From: a virus
Taxonomy: Duplodnaviria > Caudoviricetes
Strand: one strand, 5' to 3'
Virus record (IMG/VR): IMGVR_UViG_3300037484_001144
Location: 1 to 61,500 of that record
DNA: 61,500 bases
This document shows positions 52,461 to 61,500 of the stretch, in pieces. Made by a program: the position numbers and the translations under genes. The notes below the pieces were generated by a model. It saw only the letters and a program-made list of their open reading frames with translations. It did no database searches and had not been told where the DNA came from. Every line of letters begins with the position of its first letter. The first letter of the stretch is position 1.

Positions 52461-52745
52461 ATGGAAATTTGCGAGCAGGTGATCGGTGGCAGGAAGTATG
52501 TGGGGTATTCAGACGGGAACGGCAACGTCATTCTCAAAGGCCCGCCTGAGGGACTGGTGGATGACTTGAAGCTACCTGAACCCCTCGCCACCACCCTGCA
52601 CAATGTCTTATACGCGCGTGGGTTACTCACCTACGACGATGTGATGAAGAGATCGAAAGAACTGATCGGCGCGCTCCAGGAGGCTCTGAATCTGGACGTG
52701 CAAAGATTGCAAGAAGCGTATTTCAAGTACGCCCAGGAGGTCTAA
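52461..52745 (+). CDS. Hypothetical tail-operon protein
   Basis: AGGAG RBS; abuts the next gene. Confidence 0.65.
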   Translation: MEICEQVIGGRKYVGYSDGNGNVILKGPPEGLVDDLKLPEPLATTLHNVLYARGLLTYDDVMKRSKELIGALQEALNLDVQRLQEAYFKYAQEV

Positions 52746-52746
52746 G

Positions 52747-54252
52747 ATGACGAGCCAAAACATAGCGTTGAATGCCATCAACTCGCGGGTCTGGTATGTG
52801 GAAGGTGGAGTCCACCCCACTCGCTCGCCCCAGTTCCTGGCGTTGGGAAAGTTCTCCACCGACCCCAGCAAGCCTTTCGGTGAATCCACCAAAGTTACCG
52901 CCCCGGACCCCAACAGTTTCAACCGGGATATGCAGGTAGGGACAGTGGAAGGCGCCGACGAGCGCGCAACACTCGGGATCGGTATTCGATCCACTGCCCA
53001 GAAGTCCATCGTCCTGGACTTGGCTCTCAAGCAGTGCCGAGTGGATGTCTTCGCCTTGCTCGGGAAATGCGGCAATCCCCAGGACTTCGACGAAGGCGGA
53101 GAGAAATGGGTATATTTCCCGGATGGCAAGATCAGCCAGCACGCCTATGAAAATTTCGGCGCGTATGGTCGGGATGAAAACAACCCGATGAACGAGAACC
53201 TGGACATGACATCAGAGAGCTACTGGGAGTATCTGTACATGAGCCAGGAAGCGGTGGGCGGAGCCTACACCACGCGCCAGATCTACACCGTGGATATCTA
53301 CACAGGCAACGAGTGCGAGAATTGTCCAGACCCATGCGACCGAGTTCTTGCGACCATGGCGGGCGTAGGGACAACCCCTGGAACCAAACCGGTTCTGCTC
53401 TACTCCGGGGACGGCGCAGAGACTTTCTCCACAAATATTATCGCAACCCTGCACTCCAACGAAGATGTGGCGGATGGAGTTGTAGTGGGCGACGATATTG
53501 TTTACATCTCCTACACGTCAAATTCCCTGCACTGGACCGACATCGAACTTCTGTACGATGGAACAAACACCTGGTCAGAGGTGATCAGTGGGTTTGTGGC
53601 TGGTAAGGGGCCGCACGCGATCACAGCCCCGGATGCCCGTCATATCTGGATCGTTGGAGATGGCGGCTACATCTACTTCTCCTCGAACCACAAGATCGGG
53701 GTGAATGTGCAGGATGCCGGCGTAGCAACCACACAGCACCTGCGGGCTGTCCATGGTCTGGATACCAAGAATGTTCTAACGGTGGGTGATTCCAATGCAG
53801 TTGTGTTCACCAAGAATGGCGGAGTGAGCTGGCAGAGTGTGACCGGACCGGCAGTGGGTATCAACCTGGGTGCCTGCTGGATGTGGGACGAAACCACCTG
53901 GTTTGTGGGTGAAGGCGCAGGCGGAACTGGGAAACTGTGGTTGACAACCAACCGCGGCAATTCCTGGACACAGGTCGGGCTGCCTTCTTCCTACGTCCGC
54001 ATCTACAAGATCCAATTTGTATCCGACGCCGAAGGGTATTTGCTGGCTTCGGATGGTTCCAGGACCTATGTTTTGCGAACGATCACAGCCGGGAACGGCT
54101 GGCAGGTAATGCCGCAGGGCAAGAAAGCCGTGGCAGTGAATAATACCTTCCTGACTGACCTGGCGGTTTGTTCGAAGACAGCCAACACGGCCTATGCGGG
54201 CGGGTTGGCTGCAAATGGCACAGCCGGAGTCATCCTGAAGATGGCTGGATAA
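52747..54252 (+). CDS. Putative major tail protein with C-terminal Ycf48/BNR-like propeller
   Basis: Upstream of the chaperones and tape measure; TKNGGVSW, TTNRGNSW and TITAGNGW repeats. Confidence 0.6.
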   Translation: MTSQNIALNAINSRVWYVEGGVHPTRSPQFLALGKFSTDPSKPFGESTKVTAPDPNSFNRDMQVGTVEGADERATLGIGIRSTAQKSIVLDLALKQCRVDVFALLGKCGNPQDFDEGGEKWVYFPDGKISQHAYENFGAYGRDENNPMNENLDMTSESYWEYLYMSQEAVGGAYTTRQIYTVDIYTGNECENCPDPCDRVLATMAGVGTTPGTKPVLLYSGDGAETFSTNIIATLHSNEDVADGVVVGDDIVYISYTSNSLHWTDIELLYDGTNTWSEVISGFVAGKGPHAITAPDARHIWIVGDGGYIYFSSNHKIGVNVQDAGVATTQHLRAVHGLDTKNVLTVGDSNAVVFTKNGGVSWQSVTGPAVGINLGACWMWDETTWFVGEGAGGTGKLWLTTNRGNSWTQVGLPSSYVRIYKIQFVSDAEGYLLASDGSRTYVLRTITAGNGWQVMPQGKKAVAVNNTFLTDLAVCSKTANTAYAGGLAANGTAGVILKMAG

Positions 54253-54273
54253 CTTAGATAGGAGGAAGCAACA

Positions 54274-54834
54274 ATGGCACGTAAAGGGAAAGTAGATAGT
54301 GACTTTCAAACCGCGCAGGCGATCGACCGTGCGCTTGTCTCACAGGATGACACCATAACTTTATCTACGGGTGTCGTCCTGCGCGGCAGGAAGACCAACC
54401 CGGTCATTCTGGTGCAGGTCATGGCAGCCTTTCCGCGCCCTGACCCCCCCATGGTCTTCATGCCTGCTTACGGGCGCGAGATGGAAAACCCAGACGACCC
54501 GAACTATGTGGAAAAGCTCCAGTCCTGGAAGCTGGAATCCGCCAACCACGTGGTAACTGCCATGATCAGCCTGGGGACAGAACTGGTTTCTTCTCCAAAA
54601 GGCTTGAGCCACCCAGATAAGGATGACTGGCTGGCGGATTACGCCCTTCTGGACATGCCCATGCACCCCCAACATAAGCAGTGGCGCTACTTGATCTGGG
54701 TCAAGTTTCGGGCGATCGGGAACGAAAACGACATGCAACTCATTCAGGAAGTGGTGGGCAGGCTGAACGGTGTGCGCGAGAGCACCGTGAAGTCTGCCGA
54801 GAATTTTCCTGGGAGCGACCCAGAAGCAGGGTGA
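54274..54834 (+). CDS. Tail assembly chaperone (gpG-like)
   Basis: Position between the tail protein and TMP; AATTTTC near the 3' end. Confidence 0.6.
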   Translation: MARKGKVDSDFQTAQAIDRALVSQDDTITLSTGVVLRGRKTNPVILVQVMAAFPRPDPPMVFMPAYGREMENPDDPNYVEKLQSWKLESANHVVTAMISLGTELVSSPKGLSHPDKDDWLADYALLDMPMHPQHKQWRYLIWVKFRAIGNENDMQLIQEVVGRLNGVRESTVKSAENFPGSDPEAG

Positions 54835-55108
54835 CCGGGAAGTCATCGTCACTGATGTAGAGCTGGAGAACGGGATTTCAGCGGGAATCAATCTGCGGAA
54901 GCTGGGAGTGGACCTGGTGCCCGTCTTTGAAGAACATAGCGTGCGCCTCGAGCGCGGGGTTTCGATCAAGGACTGGATGGATATGGACGAAACGGAGAAA
55001 GCCCTGATCGTTGCCAGGCGGCGCATCGCCACTCAAATGCGAAACCTCCAGACGGAGGCGGAAATCCGCAAGGCAAAACAGGACGCGAATAAACATGGGC
55101 GCAAATGA
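54806..55108 (+). CDS. Tail assembly chaperone extension (gpT-like frame)
   Basis: Frame open from 54791, overlapping the end of the upstream gene; W..M...E motif. Confidence 0.5.
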   Translation, partial: FLGATQKQGDREVIVTDVELENGISAGINLRKLGVDLVPVFEEHSVRLERGVSIKDWMDMDETEKALIVARRRIATQMRNLQTEAEIRKAKQDANKHGRK

Positions 55109-57404
55109 TCTGCCGCTCGCCGGCGTAGAAGCAATCGTCGAAGGTTTGAGTCCCTTCCAGGGAGCCATGAGGAAGATGAACTCAAGCCTTAGCGCGCTGA
55201 TTCCGGGCACTACCCTGCTCCAGCGCGCCTTCACTTCCGTCTGGGATACTGTGGCAGGCTTCGGGCGCGAGGTTCTGAACGTGGCAGAGGTTGCGCTCGG
55301 GAAGATTCTGGGGGACGCCATCGAGTGGGTGGTTGGAAAAATTGGGGAGTTGATCTCTGCAACCATTGACGCGGGTTCGGAGTTCCAAACCCTGGAACTC
55401 CGCTTGCAGCGTCTGAACTTCAATACACTGATCGAATCAGGGGAAGATGCTACCAAGGCTGGGGCGGAAGCACTCAAGATGACCAAGGAGCAACTGGACT
55501 GGCTGCAGAAGCTGGCCGCCCAGACTCCGTATGACAATGCGGATATTTCAAAAACGTACACCCTGGCACGTTCCTATGGATTCGTGGATCAGAAAGCCAA
55601 AGTGTTGACGGAAGATATCGTCAACTTTGCCTCGGGTATGGGGCTGGGGAACACCGAGATTGAGAGAATCATCATCAACTTCGGGCAGATGGTGCAGCAG
55701 GGCAAGGTCACCCAGCGGGAAATGAACGATCTGGCGCGCGGTGCGTTTGTGCCAGTCAATGACATTCTCAAGCGCATGTCCGAGAATACCGGAGTCGCCG
55801 CAGACGAGATGGACGACTTCCGCAAGACTGCTGAGAGTGTTCCTGCATTCATGCAGGCTTTCTCGGATGTGGTGAAGGAGCGGTTCTCCGGGGCAGCCGA
55901 GCAGATGGCTAAGACCTTCAAAGCTGCCTCTGATAATGCCCAGGATGTGGTGAAGTCCATCGGCGGGCTGAACGTTGTCAAGCCGATCCTGGACGTGATC
56001 GGTGCTCGGGTAGCTGCCTTTACTGCTTCCTTTACGGATAATCCCGAACGCTGGGACCGGATGGTGAATGCCGCGAAGAGGGTAGGCACGGCTCTTTCAG
56101 GAATTGTAGATGGTCTCTTTGACCTGCTCCCTACTTCCGAATCGCTGGCGGACAGCGCAGTGAGGGCAATTGAAGGGATTGCTACCTGGCTGGAAGAACG
56201 CGGACCAGGGATCAAAACGTTCTTCAAGGAACTTGGAGAGATCGTAGGCGGAGTAGCAGACAGGATCAAGCTGGCCCTCTCTGGGGGACAGGAAAAACCA
56301 GCCGGACAACCGACGAACTCATGGGACTTCCTGCCTGGTGGTTCCAAGGCTGGAAAACAAGAGGATGCTCCGTTCGGAGAAGACTTTCTGGGCGCCGTGC
56401 AGAAGGTTGCTGATTTTATCAACAACACCCTAATCCCTGCGTTTGTAAAAGTTCAGGTCTGGTTCGAGGTGAACAAACCCCTGATCGACGAGTTTTGGAA
56501 GTCGGTCGGAGATATTATCTCGGAAGTGTTCCAGGACATTACCAGCCAACCTGGGAAGGAAGGGGGTGGCGGCGGGATTCTGGATACGATCACAAGGTTC
56601 ATGAAGTTCGTGATCGACAACAAGGATGAAATCGCAAAATGGGTGGAGATCCTGTGGAGTGTCTTTGTCGTCTGGCAGGTACTTTCGACCCTATGGTCGA
56701 TTTTGTTGGGTATTCTGATTCCGATCGCGGCGTTCTTTATCGGGTTGTCTGGTATTCTAGCCGTATTTGGAATTACGATCTCTGGCCCGGTTCTGCTTGC
56801 AATTGGCGCCCTGATTTTGGCGGTGGGCGGACTGTTCCTGGCTTTCCAGACAAACTTCATGGGAATTCGAGATTGGGCGACCAATCTGTGGACACAACTC
56901 GTAACAACCTTTACCAATATCACTACCCGAATCGAGCAATTTGGAAGGGATACATCTGCAAGTTTACAGAAACTCGTTACCGCCGTACAAGGAATCGACT
57001 GGAAAAAACTTGGACTCTGGATTATGCAGGGTCTCGCCAATGGCATTACCGCTGGTGGAAGTATTCTAATTAGCACCATGGTGTCTGCGGCCATGAAGGC
57101 ATACAAGGCAGCTAAAGACTCCCTCGGAATCAAGTCCCCTTCCAAGCTCTTCGAAGGGATCGGTATGTGGACCATGGAGGGTTTCGCTCAGGGCATCGAG
57201 AAGGCGGCTGGGCTGGCGGTGGGAGCCATGCAAAGTGCCGTGGGCCAGGTAGCGGCTCCGGCAATCTCGTCCATGTCTGCGGCGCAGGCTGGAGGCAACA
57301 CTATTACCAACAACCGGACTGCCAATTTGACAGTGAACACCAGCGCACCAGTGGAACCCATCCTGCAGGATTTCAATATGATGGAAAGCCTGATGGGAGC
57401 ATAA
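55095..57404 (+). CDS. Tape measure protein
   Basis: 769 aa helical; LAAQTPY, GQM...GKV...E, TM segment, LGIKSPSK.F..IG. Confidence 0.9.
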   Translation: MGANDLPLAGVEAIVEGLSPFQGAMRKMNSSLSALIPGTTLLQRAFTSVWDTVAGFGREVLNVAEVALGKILGDAIEWVVGKIGELISATIDAGSEFQTLELRLQRLNFNTLIESGEDATKAGAEALKMTKEQLDWLQKLAAQTPYDNADISKTYTLARSYGFVDQKAKVLTEDIVNFASGMGLGNTEIERIIINFGQMVQQGKVTQREMNDLARGAFVPVNDILKRMSENTGVAADEMDDFRKTAESVPAFMQAFSDVVKERFSGAAEQMAKTFKAASDNAQDVVKSIGGLNVVKPILDVIGARVAAFTASFTDNPERWDRMVNAAKRVGTALSGIVDGLFDLLPTSESLADSAVRAIEGIATWLEERGPGIKTFFKELGEIVGGVADRIKLALSGGQEKPAGQPTNSWDFLPGGSKAGKQEDAPFGEDFLGAVQKVADFINNTLIPAFVKVQVWFEVNKPLIDEFWKSVGDIISEVFQDITSQPGKEGGGGGILDTITRFMKFVIDNKDEIAKWVEILWSVFVVWQVLSTLWSILLGILIPIAAFFIGLSGILAVFGITISGPVLLAIGALILAVGGLFLAFQTNFMGIRDWATNLWTQLVTTFTNITTRIEQFGRDTSASLQKLVTAVQGIDWKKLGLWIMQGLANGITAGGSILISTMVSAAMKAYKAAKDSLGIKSPSKLFEGIGMWTMEGFAQGIEKAAGLAVGAMQSAVGQVAAPAISSMSAAQAGGNTITNNRTANLTVNTSAPVEPILQDFNMMESLMGA

Positions 57405-59843
57405 ATGGCAACCCTGCGTTTTCTATCGCCAGAAGGCACGACCAATTATGTGAAGAACCCCAGTGCGCGGTACGACACCACGGGCTGGGTCGCGAACGGC
57501 TCTACCCTGACTCGTTCACTGGTGTTCGCGCGCTTCGGGATCGCCTCCCTGAAAGTTGCGACCAATGGTTCGGCTATCAATGAAGGTATCTATTATCGAG
57601 TTACTGCTCTGGCAGGGATCTCAGACCCCATCACGGTCAGTGTTTATCTGCGCGGGACGGGATCGGTGCGCATCCGTTTAATCGATTACCCGGTCGGGCA
57701 GGAATTCGCCAGCCAGCCCGTGACCCTGCGCACCGACCGCTGGACGCGCCTGAGCGTGACGGGCAGGATTACGGGCAGTAATGATGTGCGTCTGATCGTT
57801 GAAACCACATCCGCACGGGCAGTCACCTTTTATGTGGACGGCGCGCAGCTGGAACGAAAAGCCTATGTCACTACCTACTGCGACGGAGAGCAGGAGGGGT
57901 GCCGCTGGAACATCATGGATCACAACAGCGTTTCCATTCGGGAAGACCACAACCGTGCCGGGGGGCGCTGGGTGGAACTGGCTGGCGAGGAGCAAATAGA
58001 GAAAAATCTGTATATGACCGTGGTGGGCGGGCTGGGACTGCCTCCGATCACGAACAATCTGCAATCCTATGCCGACGCTCCCGGTAGTTACTACCAGAAT
58101 ACCAAGGTGTTGGCCAGACCTCTGACATTCACTTTCCACGCCAAACACGAAAATCTGCGGACAAGTTGTGAGAATACCAATAGCCTGGAGTTCCTACACC
58201 AGCTCCGGCAGATGCTGATCGATCTGATCAAGCCAGATAAGACCCACGGGGGGCAGGAATTCCTGATGGAGTATTTGGACGGAGAAACTCCGCTCTACCT
58301 GAGGGTTCGCTATGATGGCGGACTGGAAGGGGACTGGGATGTTAGGAATAGCTGGATCAATTCCTTTCCTCTGCGCCTGCTGGCGGTTTCGCCCTACTGG
58401 TTTGAGGATAACCAGCAGGTAGATACCCTGGATTTTCAGGACTGGAACACAACCAACTTCATTGCCACCCGCCTGGATGGGCAGTGGGGCAACATGAATT
58501 TTGGCGTCAATAATACCGTGAACGACCTGGCGTTCGGTTCGCGCGGGGAAGTCATCGCCGTTGGATTGTTCACACGCGCCAATTCGGACGTGAGTGCCAT
58601 CGATCCGTCGATCCCGGTAAACTTTATTGCCTATTGGGACGGAACGCAATGGCACCAGTATGGGATTGGGGCGAACGGAGAAATCCGCGCGGTGGCCGTG
58701 GCACCTAATGGCTACGTGTACGTGACAGGTTCCTTCACGTCCATCGGCGGTGTAGCGGCCAACCGGGTTGCTTACTGGGATGGCAGCACCTGGCACGCCA
58801 TGGGCCCGGGTTTCAACAACACCGGGCACGCCATCGCTGTAATGCCAGACGGGACGGTCTACGCGGGCGGAGAGTTCACTACTGCCGGGGTGGTTGCCGC
58901 GCAGAAGATTGCCTACTGGGACGGGGCGAACTGGCAAACAGTTGGAGCCTATAACGGATTGAATGATACCGTGCGTACTATCGCTATTACCGCCGACGGG
59001 ATCACGGTCTTTGTGGGGGGAGATTTTACAGACGAAGCCACAACCCCAGGCGGGACATTGACGCGCGTTGCGGAATACAGTTCGATCACTGATCTATTTA
59101 CCGAATTGGGAGATGGCTTCGCCTCCACAGTCTACAAGTTGCGCCTCTCCCCCTCTGGTGCCCTGTATGCAGGCGGTGCATTCGCATTCTCGGGGACACA
59201 GGACATCAATCGGATTGCCCGCTGGAATGGCTCTGCCTGGGTGGCGCTCGGGGCAGGAACGAACGGAACGGTCTACAGCCTGGATGTACTTTCCAACGGG
59301 GAACTTGTGGCGGTGGGAGATTTCGATGATGCTGGCGGTGTGGATGCGTCCGGGATCGCCATGTGGAACGGTTCCACCTGGTCGAACCTGGACATCGTGC
59401 AACCCGATGTCATCTACGCAGTCTTGTTCGATGAAGACAAGAATATCTATCTAGGTGCAGACAGCCCCGTGCACATTGCAGGTGTGACTACCGTCAACAA
59501 CACGGGCAGCGCGGAGACCAACCCAAAACTATATGTTTCCGGACCGGCTCTCTTGAAGTTCATCGAGAACCAGGCCAACCACAAACGGGTGTATCTGGAC
59601 CTGGACATTTTGAGCGGCGAAGATGTATTTTTTGACTTCGGACGCGGGAAGGTGTTCAGCAGTGTACGCGGGGACCTTTCCTACTCCGTGTTGCCTGGTT
59701 CGGATATGCGCGCCTTTACTCTCCTGCCGGGCGAGAACCGGATCGCGGCCCTGATGGTGGATGATATCAACGCCGTGCTGCAGATGAGTTACACTCCGAA
59801 ACATTGGAGCGTGGACGCTACAGCGCGCGGGGAGGAGTTTTAG
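57405..59843 (+). CDS. Distal tail (Dit-like) protein with CBM-like and beta-propeller insertions
   Basis: NYVKNPS...FYVDGAQLE; PYW; repeated IAYWDG..W blades; LLPGENRI. Confidence 0.7.
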   Translation: MATLRFLSPEGTTNYVKNPSARYDTTGWVANGSTLTRSLVFARFGIASLKVATNGSAINEGIYYRVTALAGISDPITVSVYLRGTGSVRIRLIDYPVGQEFASQPVTLRTDRWTRLSVTGRITGSNDVRLIVETTSARAVTFYVDGAQLERKAYVTTYCDGEQEGCRWNIMDHNSVSIREDHNRAGGRWVELAGEEQIEKNLYMTVVGGLGLPPITNNLQSYADAPGSYYQNTKVLARPLTFTFHAKHENLRTSCENTNSLEFLHQLRQMLIDLIKPDKTHGGQEFLMEYLDGETPLYLRVRYDGGLEGDWDVRNSWINSFPLRLLAVSPYWFEDNQQVDTLDFQDWNTTNFIATRLDGQWGNMNFGVNNTVNDLAFGSRGEVIAVGLFTRANSDVSAIDPSIPVNFIAYWDGTQWHQYGIGANGEIRAVAVAPNGYVYVTGSFTSIGGVAANRVAYWDGSTWHAMGPGFNNTGHAIAVMPDGTVYAGGEFTTAGVVAAQKIAYWDGANWQTVGAYNGLNDTVRTIAITADGITVFVGGDFTDEATTPGGTLTRVAEYSSITDLFTELGDGFASTVYKLRLSPSGALYAGGAFAFSGTQDINRIARWNGSAWVALGAGTNGTVYSLDVLSNGELVAVGDFDDAGGVDASGIAMWNGSTWSNLDIVQPDVIYAVLFDEDKNIYLGADSPVHIAGVTTVNNTGSAETNPKLYVSGPALLKFIENQANHKRVYLDLDILSGEDVFFDFGRGKVFSSVRGDLSYSVLPGSDMRAFTLLPGENRIAALMVDDINAVLQMSYTPKHWSVDATARGEEF

Positions 59844-59896
59844 AAATTAGTTTTAGCGAATTCGCCAAAAAGTTTTCTAGCAAATTTATCGTATGT

Positions 59897-59938
59897 ATGA
59901 GCGGCATCTATCGGATTACCATAGGAAGGTATAATTAG
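59897..59938 (+). pseudogene. Possible GIY-YIG endonuclease N-terminal relic
   Basis: MSGIYRITIGRYN* in an AT-rich gap. Confidence 0.35.
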
Positions 59939-59941
59939 GGA

Positions 59942-61231
59942 ATGACTTCAAGATACGAACTAATCCTCACTGATGAACGCGGAAAACGCATTACCCTACT
60001 GAATAAAACAGATGAGGGTGCGGCATTCTTTTCCTATTCGCGCGTGATCAACGGTTTCGGGACAGTTCAGATTGGACTCCCCTACCGGCAATTCAAGGAA
60101 CGAGTCCATCCTGTTTTCGAGCCTGACCGCAGGATCGAAGTGTGGCGCTCCCCCGACGACGATCATCCCCTGCGACTTGAAGGCATCTATCTCCTCAGGC
60201 AACCCAAAATCTACACGCGCGAAGAAGACGCCGTGGACATAATCGAATTCTTCGGCAGAAGCCCTCTGGACCTGCTGGCGCGCCGCTGGATTATCCAGGC
60301 AGCTGGCACCAGTTACACAGCCAAGACCGCCGCGATCGACGATATGATGAAAGCTATTGTACGCGAGCAGATGTTGTGGTTAAATTCTGTGGATAAGAAT
60401 GGTGCCCAGGATAATACCCGAGCCTATCCGGATCTGGAATTTAGTGTGCAGGCAGACTACGGCCTGGGAACCACCATCTCGCGCCGTTTTGCTGATCGAA
60501 ACGTTCTGGATGTCCTGAAGGAGCTGATGGACACATCGTTTCAATTATTTGACGATGACCCGGCAAACAACCGCAAGATCTATTTTGATTTGGTGCCGCG
60601 CGATTTGCGCGGGTTCGAGATCTACATTCAGGACGAAGAGACCGGGCAACCCATCCAAGACGAAGACGGACTGCCTCTTCTGGACGAGCAATCTGGAAGC
60701 ATGAACGCAATCGGGTTCCAATTTCAGACTTTTGCAGACCTGCGCGGCGTAGATCGAACCGAACAACTCCTATTCAGTGTGGCGAATTCCAACCTGAAGG
60801 GACCATTCTACTCCAAGAATCACTTTGAAGAAAAAAATTCAATTATTGTGAAGGGTTCGGGACGGGGAGAGAGTCGGGAGATTGTTGTGGTGAATGACGC
60901 TGCGCGCGTGAACTCCTCGCGCTGGAATCGCTGTGAAACGATCTTCGAAGCCAATTACGAGGTAGATGACACAGAGCTGCAAAATGTGGGAGCCGCGCAA
61001 CTCAAGGAAGGGAAACCAGTGGAAGAACTCTTCGCCACCTTCCTGAACCTGCCCGGCAACGAGAGTGTTCCCAGCAGCCTGTATGGGATCGACTGGGATC
61101 TGGGTGACCTGGTTCCGGTCTGGTATGCCGAGCAATTATTCAGGTGTGAGATTGTGGTGGTTTATGTGGGCGTGGACCAGAATGGTGTGGAAACCATTAC
61201 CGGGCGCAATACGATTGGAGCTGCAGAATGA
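59942..61231 (+). CDS. Tail-tip/minor tail protein (Gp37-like)
   Basis: Follows Dit; GSGRGESR, RWNRCE, YGIDWDLGDLV. Confidence 0.7.
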   Translation: MTSRYELILTDERGKRITLLNKTDEGAAFFSYSRVINGFGTVQIGLPYRQFKERVHPVFEPDRRIEVWRSPDDDHPLRLEGIYLLRQPKIYTREEDAVDIIEFFGRSPLDLLARRWIIQAAGTSYTAKTAAIDDMMKAIVREQMLWLNSVDKNGAQDNTRAYPDLEFSVQADYGLGTTISRRFADRNVLDVLKELMDTSFQLFDDDPANNRKIYFDLVPRDLRGFEIYIQDEETGQPIQDEDGLPLLDEQSGSMNAIGFQFQTFADLRGVDRTEQLLFSVANSNLKGPFYSKNHFEEKNSIIVKGSGRGESREIVVVNDAARVNSSRWNRCETIFEANYEVDDTELQNVGAAQLKEGKPVEELFATFLNLPGNESVPSSLYGIDWDLGDLVPVWYAEQLFRCEIVVVYVGVDQNGVETITGRNTIGAAE

Positions 61232-61500
61232 ACAAGCTGGAAGCCCAGTACAAGAGTGTGATCCACCAACTCGTCCAAGAGATCTTGGGTTTGAAGAAGT
61301 GGCGCCGGGACGTGACCGGTGATTCACCGCTCTTCGATATTGCCAACGAGCACACGCCCGCCACTCTGGCGACCAGCCAGAATAACTACGATCCGGGTTA
61401 CTATGATGTTCTGCGGATAAATGCCGGTGCCGATGTTTCCATTACCGGGGTCACCAAAGGCAAAAAGGGGCGCTTCCTGGAATTCTACAACGTCTCTGGT
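61228..61500 (+). CDS. 5' part of the origin-spanning tail-associated protein
   Basis: ATGA coupling at 61228; MNKLEAQYK... continues to 718. Confidence 0.7.
   Translation, partial: MNKLEAQYKSVIHQLVQEILGLKKWRRDVTGDSPLFDIANEHTPATLATSQNNYDPGYYDVLRINAGADVSITGVTKGKKGRFLEFYNVSG
61374..61500. repeat. Terminal direct repeat (copy 2)
   Basis: Identical to 1-127. Confidence 0.95.

Noticed and set aside
57405-61500. Diversity-generating retroelement targeting tail genes
   Set aside because: No reverse transcriptase and no TR/VR pair seen

Overview
The window is a complete, circularly assembled temperate tailed-phage genome of 61,373 bp; bases 1-127 equal 61374-61500 and one gene reads across the join. 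It is siphovirus-like, and the host is tentatively Chloroflexota/Anaerolineae, inferred only from LASLAC-type lipoprotein signals and GAAC-N4-GTTC-like boxes. Modules in order: tail-tip genes; a short PolX and an ASCH-like gene; a divergent promoter/operator switch; replication (initiator with iterons, DnaC-like ATPase); a putative lysis block; a tyrosine recombinase and leftward early operon; two internally repetitive DNA methyltransferases; terminase (intein), portal, protease, capsid; an ~10 kb sugar-nucleotide/glycosyltransferase block with heptose-pathway genes and a second intein; neck and tail genes. The most notable signals are: (1) an integron-type gene-cassette array (7 intact attC sites plus 2 relics, with its own promoter and no IntI) inserted antisense between neck and tail genes; (2) two covarying type-P5 twister ribozymes between tiny early ORFs; (3) a GmhA/HddA/GT4-GT2-GT2 glycosylation system beside the capsid gene; (4) an amino-MTase-like protein with seven SPPY/F modules and a C5-MTase with ~7 TRD-like repeats; (5) two candidate programmed frameshifts; (6) genome-wide operator-like motifs and a dense TGTTGG array. 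All protein calls come from motif reading and gene context; no database searches were run, so novelty claims are unverified.
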